Source: Nitrospinota bacterium (GTDB lineage: Bacteria > Nitrospinota_A > UBA7883). From it: DNA of 64,000 nucleotides. Positions 59,211 through 64,000 of the stretch are shown here, piece after piece. The translations under genes were made by a program, and so were the position numbers. The notes beneath the pieces are model-generated. The model searched no databases. It saw only the letters and a list, made by a program, of their open reading frames with translations, and had not been told where the DNA came from. The stretch is from positions 254,546 to 318,545 of the forward strand of contig CBDCXE010000002.1 of assembly GCA_965223725.1 (NCBI GenBank), in the 5' to 3' direction. The stretch's first letter is position 1. The number at the start of each line of letters is the position of its first letter.

Positions 59211-60302
59211 TCACGGTTTTTGGTCCGTGAAAGCTGCTTTAATTCTTTTGGCAAGGTAATGAAACAGTCCTTTATCCTTCAGTTTGTCTAAATATATTTT
59301 TTTCCGCTCTGGCTTATGGAACAAACGGGCGATCACGCTGCTATAGTAATGAATCAGGTAGTAAACACCATACACAAAACGGTTCGACATACTTGCCTGA
59401 TGCAACTTAACAAAGTAGAAATTGCGGATTGCGGATCGGCTGACCTGCGCAGGGGTGGGTATATTAAACAGTTTTGCGGCGATGGCCAGATAAGCGTTCA
59501 TTGCGCCAGCTTCCCCTGCTCTTTCCAATCTGCTCCGTATAAACTCCCAATCGATTTTACTGCCATGGACTTCCTGGAACAAAACCATATCGTACATCTG
59601 TTGCATATAGTTCATATCAAGAAACCCATGATGCAACTGGGCATGGACGATATTATGGAGAACCCGGGAGTCGACAGAAGGTATGAGCATCGTCACCCCT
59701 TCGGTTTCATAAAGGGACGAGCTGTCCATTATCCCTTTGGCAGGAAGAATATCGCTGTATTGAACAGTGACTATGTCTCTGTGATGAACCTCCACCACAG
59801 CCTCATAATCATCATGATAAAAAGGGTCCAGGTGATGCTCCAGGTTGTCCTCCCGGTCGCATTTATAGCCAGCCGCCTTCATCGCTTCTACACAATCGGC
59901 GATCCTATCCATCGGAACCAGAACATCGATATCGCCCATCGTCCGCAGGCCCGGCTCTTCGTACAGTCCATCGAAAACATTGGCCATACCTTTAAGTAAT
60001 AACGGTTGAACATCCACAGCGTTGAGTATTCGGCACAAACCGATGGCCTGGCCGGCCAGGTTCCTGTTGCGCATGCTGTTCAGCTCGAAAATGCCTTCGA
60101 AATAGTCGCGGATATCCTCCGGCAGGCCGCCAAGGAGCCCACGCCGTTTCAATGACCAGTAAAACGCAGGGGCCAGCAGATAATGGGTGGAGCACTCGAT
60201 GACGCCGGGCCAATCGTCTATGCATTCCACCTTACGGCCCAGCCCTGCCCGATCTTCCTGAAACGAAAGAACGGAGCATATAAATCGGAGTGTTTTATAC
60301 AT
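59211..60302 (-). CDS. Uncharacterised nucleotidyltransferase (PF14907/NTP_transf_5-like)
   Basis: Pol-beta-type NTase motif RTMGDIDVLVPMDRIAD (G[SD]..D.D); start refined to MYKTLRF, 2 nt after the stop of the PqqD-HprK gene. Confidence 0.55.
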   Translation of the reverse strand: MYKTLRFICSVLSFQEDRAGLGRKVECIDDWPGVIECSTHYLLAPAFYWSLKRRGLLGGLPEDIRDYFEGIFELNSMRNRNLAGQAIGLCRILNAVDVQPLLLKGMANVFDGLYEEPGLRTMGDIDVLVPMDRIADCVEAMKAAGYKCDREDNLEHHLDPFYHDDYEAVVEVHHRDIVTVQYSDILPAKGIMDSSSLYETEGVTMLIPSVDSRVLHNIVHAQLHHGFLDMNYMQQMYDMVLFQEVHGSKIDWEFIRSRLERAGEAGAMNAYLAIAAKLFNIPTPAQVSRSAIRNFYFVKLHQASMSNRFVYGVYYLIHYYSSVIARLFHKPERKKIYLDKLKDKGLFHYLAKRIKAAFTDQKP

Positions 60303-60304
60303 GT

Positions 60305-61477
60305 TCAGTCGTTGAACATTTCTCGCACGATCCCAAGGGCGCCGTCGAGCGCGCCGAAATGGAGGATGTATGTTGGCGTGTTTTCGACCCATTCGACCAG
60401 CCTTTTCACCCTTGCCGGTTCCGAGGATATTATGCTGCTAGAATCGGAGATCAGCCGCAACGTTTCAAGCTTCGATATCGGCTCCAGCTTCGCTTCGGCG
60501 CCCTCTTCCCGGGCCGGGAAAACGATGGCCTTCACCGGGACCATGTTTTTGCCTTGCTGGAGGGTTGACGCCGGTATATACCGGGCCTCGTTGCCGTCGT
60601 AACGGTCCTGGATCGGCAACGAATATATATCCGGATAGTATGGTTTGATCACATCCCAGCTACCGCTTTTCAGGCAGATATTCAACGGGACAGAGATCAT
60701 ATCCAGCGTATCGAAGCTGACCGGTGTGATATCGTCGCTGAAGTAATCCAACCCCAGTGTCAATAACGCTGCGGTGAGGGTGCTTTTGCCCTGCTTGTAA
60801 TAACCCGGGAATATAATGCCCGACCCGCCGTCACTGACCGATGACGCGTGCAGATAGACCAGTATGCCCAGGCCTGGATACTGCAATGCGATGATCTCGG
60901 TGAACAACCGGTCAACAGCCCTGCTCAGGTCGCTATCTACGATCACTCCCTCGCCATCGCGCTCCACAACGTACCATCCTTCGCATTCAAAAACCTTTAT
61001 ACGATGGCTCAAAGCTATTTTATTTTCGGTCGCTCTGGCTAACCGGGAGTGAAGTATCGATTTGAACGCCTCACCATGATAGCTGATCCGAAACTTTTTG
61101 TTGTTCATCAGATAGTCGAACTCGTAATCCGCCGCGCCGGCGGGAGGGCTGATGGTTTTTTGGTCCACAGCGCTGGCAATGGACTGTTTCAAGTCCCCGT
61201 CCGGTTTTTTCAAAAAGCCTTCCCTGTGCCAGCTATCGATGGCCATTTTCACATCCCGCTCGGCGTCCTCCCTTTCAACCGGGTAAACCTTCGTCATATG
61301 GCGCGCGATCCGGTCGATATCTGCCTCTTCTGACAACAGCTCCCAAATCAACCGGGCCGTGGAGTTCAGGGTGAACACCTTCTCTGCCTTTATGTTGCTG
61401 ACCACCAGCCCGTCCTCCAGTGGGACAGAAAAATAGTCGGCGGGGTCGATCATGAATTTGTCCTGGGTCATATTCAC
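60305..61477 (-). CDS. PqqD-like RiPP-recognition-element domain fused to HPr kinase/phosphorylase C-terminal-like P-loop domain
   Basis: N-terminal LVVSNIKAEKVFTLNSTARLIWELLSEEADIDRIARHMTKVYPVEREDAERDVKMAIDSWHREGFL (PqqD consensus); C-terminal P-loop GYYKQGKSTLTAALL (HprK_C-like). Confidence 0.6.
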   Translation of the reverse strand: MNMTQDKFMIDPADYFSVPLEDGLVVSNIKAEKVFTLNSTARLIWELLSEEADIDRIARHMTKVYPVEREDAERDVKMAIDSWHREGFLKKPDGDLKQSIASAVDQKTISPPAGAADYEFDYLMNNKKFRISYHGEAFKSILHSRLARATENKIALSHRIKVFECEGWYVVERDGEGVIVDSDLSRAVDRLFTEIIALQYPGLGILVYLHASSVSDGGSGIIFPGYYKQGKSTLTAALLTLGLDYFSDDITPVSFDTLDMISVPLNICLKSGSWDVIKPYYPDIYSLPIQDRYDGNEARYIPASTLQQGKNMVPVKAIVFPAREEGAEAKLEPISKLETLRLISDSSSIISSEPARVKRLVEWVENTPTYILHFGALDGALGIVREMFND

Positions 61478-61507
61478 TTACTTCTTGTTATATACACCCA
61501 GTATACG

Positions 61508-62680
61508 CTATCCGCCTCTTCTTGACAGCGCAGAGCCGGTTATCAAAATGACCAGCGTGCCGACCACAACCGTCATGAATGGGTGCATCGGGTTGACGAT
61601 CGGCTGATTCGGCGCGATGTAGGTGTAAATCCCGGGCAGGATTATCAGCTCGAACATGGCGAACACGACGATCAGCATGGAGACCATAACCGGCAACACC
61701 GCCCGCGCCCTGATGGCCCCAGCCGTTGCAATGGCGGCGGACACACCGCAGATCGACACGCCGGACGAGAGTACAGCCGACGCCGCCCTGGGCAGATTGA
61801 AAAACCTTCGGCCGATCCAGTAGGTGATTGGCCAGAAAAACATGTAGGCGACAATCGTGGCGCACATGCCGGCGAACGCCAGCTCGAAGGTGAAGCCGGC
61901 CGCTTTCATTGACATCAGGCCGATTTTGATGCCCAGGTATACGATGGCGGTCTTGATGAACCATTCCGGCTTGGCCGCCTCTTTCAGAAACGCGGCGAAC
62001 CCTTTGAAGATGTTGCCGATGATCAGCCCCACAGCCAGCGCCAGCATGAAAGAAAACCCGCCGCCAAACTGCAGCCCGCCTTTCAGGCGTTTGGCATGCT
62101 TCGCCTCGTCCACAGCTTTGGCCGCGGTCTGCATGTCTGGCACATCGCCCTTTTTGACATCGACCCCCATGGCCAGCAGCGCCTTGTTAATCTCCTTGGT
62201 GCACTTGGTCACTTTGGAGGTGCAGTAGACATCGGGGCCGTATATCTCCGGCTGGTTTTGCGATTGCGAAGTTTTGAGCGCTTTAAAGTGCGCCTCGTGG
62301 CCGATGATCCAGCAGGCCCAGGTGATGAAGAATATAACGGTCCAGCCCATGAAGAATTTTTTCAGATCCAGCTTCATGAAAAAGGCGCCGATCATGGTCA
62401 GTACGGTAAACACGGCATAGGTCATAAACAACGAGCCGAGCGGGCCGATGCTTTTCCATCCCTTACCCGCCGGCGCCAGCACATTGGCCCAGGAGAATTC
62501 GCCCCAGACCCAGGTTTTGGTTTTTGCCATCCAGCCCACCATATCCAGTCCTACTATAGATGTGAGGCCAGCCAGAAAAAGGGCCAGCCCCAGCCAGACC
62601 GCCCACCAGTCCTCCGATGTGGTCATCCCCGAATACCATTTTCTGTTTGTCTCACTCATTGTTCCTCCTTGTTTATTCAA
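61508..62680 (-). CDS. YeiH/UPF0324-family inner-membrane protein with a central Cys-containing soluble insertion
   Basis: LSSGVSICGVSAAIATAGAIRA block typical of UPF0324; about 10 TM; about 80 aa hydrophilic insertion with three Cys (..VYCTSKVTKCTKE..). Confidence 0.55.
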   Translation of the reverse strand: MNKQGGTMSETNRKWYSGMTTSEDWWAVWLGLALFLAGLTSIVGLDMVGWMAKTKTWVWGEFSWANVLAPAGKGWKSIGPLGSLFMTYAVFTVLTMIGAFFMKLDLKKFFMGWTVIFFITWACWIIGHEAHFKALKTSQSQNQPEIYGPDVYCTSKVTKCTKEINKALLAMGVDVKKGDVPDMQTAAKAVDEAKHAKRLKGGLQFGGGFSFMLALAVGLIIGNIFKGFAAFLKEAAKPEWFIKTAIVYLGIKIGLMSMKAAGFTFELAFAGMCATIVAYMFFWPITYWIGRRFFNLPRAASAVLSSGVSICGVSAAIATAGAIRARAVLPVMVSMLIVVFAMFELIILPGIYTYIAPNQPIVNPMHPFMTVVVGTLVILITGSALSRRGG

Positions 62681-62959
62681 TGGCGGCTTCTTACAGCTCC
62701 AGAATCACAAGCCGGTTGAAATAGTGGTATGCGTATTGCCTGATCCAGGTCGGTATCGTCGAATAATCGAAAGCCATGAACACAGAGACCGTTGCGCCTT
62801 TCGGATAACGGCCGGAATCTATGAGCGCCTGTTTCAGGTCCGTGTCCAGTTGGGGTAAGGTCCTGCCCTTTGCTGTCACGTTGTTTTCACAAGTGGCGAT
62901 CCAGATTCGGCCATCGTCGATCAGGGTCGCCTGCAGGTCAGCCTTCACTGTATGCCGCC

Positions 62960-63157
62960 CTACTGGTTCAGAATAGTCATGTTTACTATCACGCCCAGGA
63001 TGACCAACGCAACAAAACCGATCCCCAGGCTGTAGAGCACCAGTTTGCTTTCCCATGGCTCCCACGGCTCCGGGTTGGACAACGACTCGTCAGAGTCGAT
63101 GATTTCCGTCGACAACCCGCCAGTCGACGCCGATTTGTTTTGTTCATTGCTTTCCAT
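62960..63157 (-). CDS. Small (65 aa) membrane protein with acidic N-terminal region and C-terminal TM helix
   Basis: Near-consensus SD AAAGGAG 7 nt upstream of ATG; MESNEQNKSASTGGLSTEIIDSDESLSNPEPWEPWES then TM LVLYSLGIGFVALVILGVIVNMTIL. Confidence 0.5.
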   Translation of the reverse strand: MESNEQNKSASTGGLSTEIIDSDESLSNPEPWEPWESKLVLYSLGIGFVALVILGVIVNMTILNQ

Positions 63158-63213
63158 ACGGTTTCTCCTTTTAAGTGTCAGATTGAGGTTTATTCGACAG
63201 CGCCCTGATTCTC

Positions 63214-63978
63214 CTATTTTTTCGCGCCTAGTTTTTTGAGCAGAGCCCGCGCCTTTTCTTTATACTTTTCATCCAGGTGATCGATAACCGACAACTCACC
63301 TACTTTTTCCAGTTCGGCAATACTTTTTTCCTTATCGCTCATCGCCTCGTAGGTTTTGGCCAGCTCGAAATGGGATCGAAGATAATCAGGGTTAAGTTCG
63401 ATCGCCCTTTTAAGATGTTTAACCGAGTCTTCGTTGCTACCCTCCGGCAGTCCGCCAAAAAATGCCTTGGCAAACTTTTTCAGGAACCAGTTCAGGTTGG
63501 CCACTTCCCGGTTATAAACGCCCAGCAGCAGATGCGCCCTGAATTGGTCCGGGTTCATCTTCAACGATTTTTTGGCGTTTTGCTCGATGTTTCTGGAAAG
63601 TTTCACCTTCTCCTTACCGCCGCGAAACTGCGCCAACCGCCCACTGGCCAGCGCTACGTAGTAAAACGACTCCGCCCGGTCCGGGAATTTTTCCGCCATG
63701 GTGTTGGCCAGCTCCACCGCTTGCTCATACAACTCTCCCGATTCTTTCGAGTCCATATCCTCGCCACTGTTCACATAAGCCGCAATGGTCTTCATCATAG
63801 CTTCGAAATTGTCCGGATCAGCTTCATGCGCCATTTTGTATTGCTTCAGCGCTTCGACGTTTTGGAAACTGGCATGGAACCGGTCACCCGCCTGGATCAG
63901 AGAAGCGGTGTCATCGGCATGGGATGCGGCGCTGTGAAGCAGCAACGCCGTAGCAATTGATGTGATAAAAATTCTCAT
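63214..63978 (-). CDS. Secreted tetratricopeptide-repeat (TPR) protein
   Basis: Signal peptide; several 34-aa TPR-like helix pairs (AEKFPDRAESFYYVALASGRLAQF..., NPDQFRAHLLLGVYN..., NPDYLRSHFELAKTYEAM...). Confidence 0.65.
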   Translation of the reverse strand: MRIFITSIATALLLHSAASHADDTASLIQAGDRFHASFQNVEALKQYKMAHEADPDNFEAMMKTIAAYVNSGEDMDSKESGELYEQAVELANTMAEKFPDRAESFYYVALASGRLAQFRGGKEKVKLSRNIEQNAKKSLKMNPDQFRAHLLLGVYNREVANLNWFLKKFAKAFFGGLPEGSNEDSVKHLKRAIELNPDYLRSHFELAKTYEAMSDKEKSIAELEKVGELSVIDHLDEKYKEKARALLKKLGAKK

Positions 63979-64000
63979 GACTAAAGCCCTCCAAATTTAC

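Noticed and set aside
59058-59220. 53-aa plus-strand ORF (MGSPNAMGGPNAM...) spanning the 18-bp tandem repeats downstream of the nucleotidyltransferase gene, considered as a possible RiPP precursor
   Set aside because: It is encoded on the opposite strand to the kinase/NTase genes and has no SD. The repetitive sequence is explained by the degenerate 18-bp DNA tandem repeat. It is more likely non-coding.
62691-63065. 124-aa minus-strand ORF overlapping the 65-aa mini-protein in another frame
   Set aside because: Its 5' third overlaps the SD-supported 65-aa ORF. Only the 3' about 85 codons (from GTG at 62948) could be real, and no domain or convincing RBS was recognised. It is left unannotated but may encode a small protein C-terminal to the mini-ORF.
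62960-63157. Interpreting the 65-aa ORF as a bona fide lasso-peptide precursor
   Set aside because: The leader would be only 12 aa and the core about 53 aa with a transmembrane helix. No lasso cyclase or leader protease is in the window. This is kept only as a speculative note in the findings.

Overview
This 64 kb window is a chromosomal segment from a Gram-negative (diderm) bacterium with roughly 55-60% GC. That and all GC contrasts below are by-eye estimates, not computed values. Codon usage, TRAP transport, a multiheme cytochrome and ferredoxin-dependent 2-oxoglutarate oxidoreductase suggest an anaerobe of the Deltaproteobacteria/Nitrospirae type, but the lineage cannot be assigned from sequence alone. 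Most of the window is housekeeping. Confidently recognisable genes are uvrA, sucC-sucD-korA-korB-ndk, priA, thrC, coaE, maf, a TRAP transporter (dctPQM), an SSS symporter, Hsp20, a GH57 branching enzyme, a nine-heme cytochrome c, OmpA/FadL/porin-like outer-membrane proteins, an MCP, a PHP phosphoesterase and an Fe-ADH. Accessory or unusual content includes: (1) a tRNA followed by two 86-bp tandem repeats that each end in a copy of the tRNA 3' end, then an AT-rich gap, then a four-gene chaperone-usher-like fimbrial cluster, then an orphan Wzt-type ABC ATPase with two GT4 glycosyltransferases; (2) a low-GC three-gene cassette (YHYH protein, a 158-aa membrane protein, HigA-like antitoxin) in which the antitoxin is translationally coupled to a membrane protein rather than to a HigB toxin; (3) a minus-strand cluster containing a PqqD-like RRE fused to an HPr-kinase-like P-loop domain, stop/start coupled to a PF14907-type nucleotidyltransferase and flanked by a UPF0104 flippase-like protein, a YeiH-family membrane protein, a strongly SD-preceded 65-aa membrane mini-protein and a TPR protein, which is RiPP-like genetic context with no recognisable cyclase or protease; (4) tandem DUF507-like mini-paralogs after the PHP gene; (5) a Rho_N/histone-H1-like/DUF4912-like protein operonic with GH57. 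No CRISPR array, rRNA, transposase or integrase is visible. All family assignments are from motif recognition by eye, and no database search was run.
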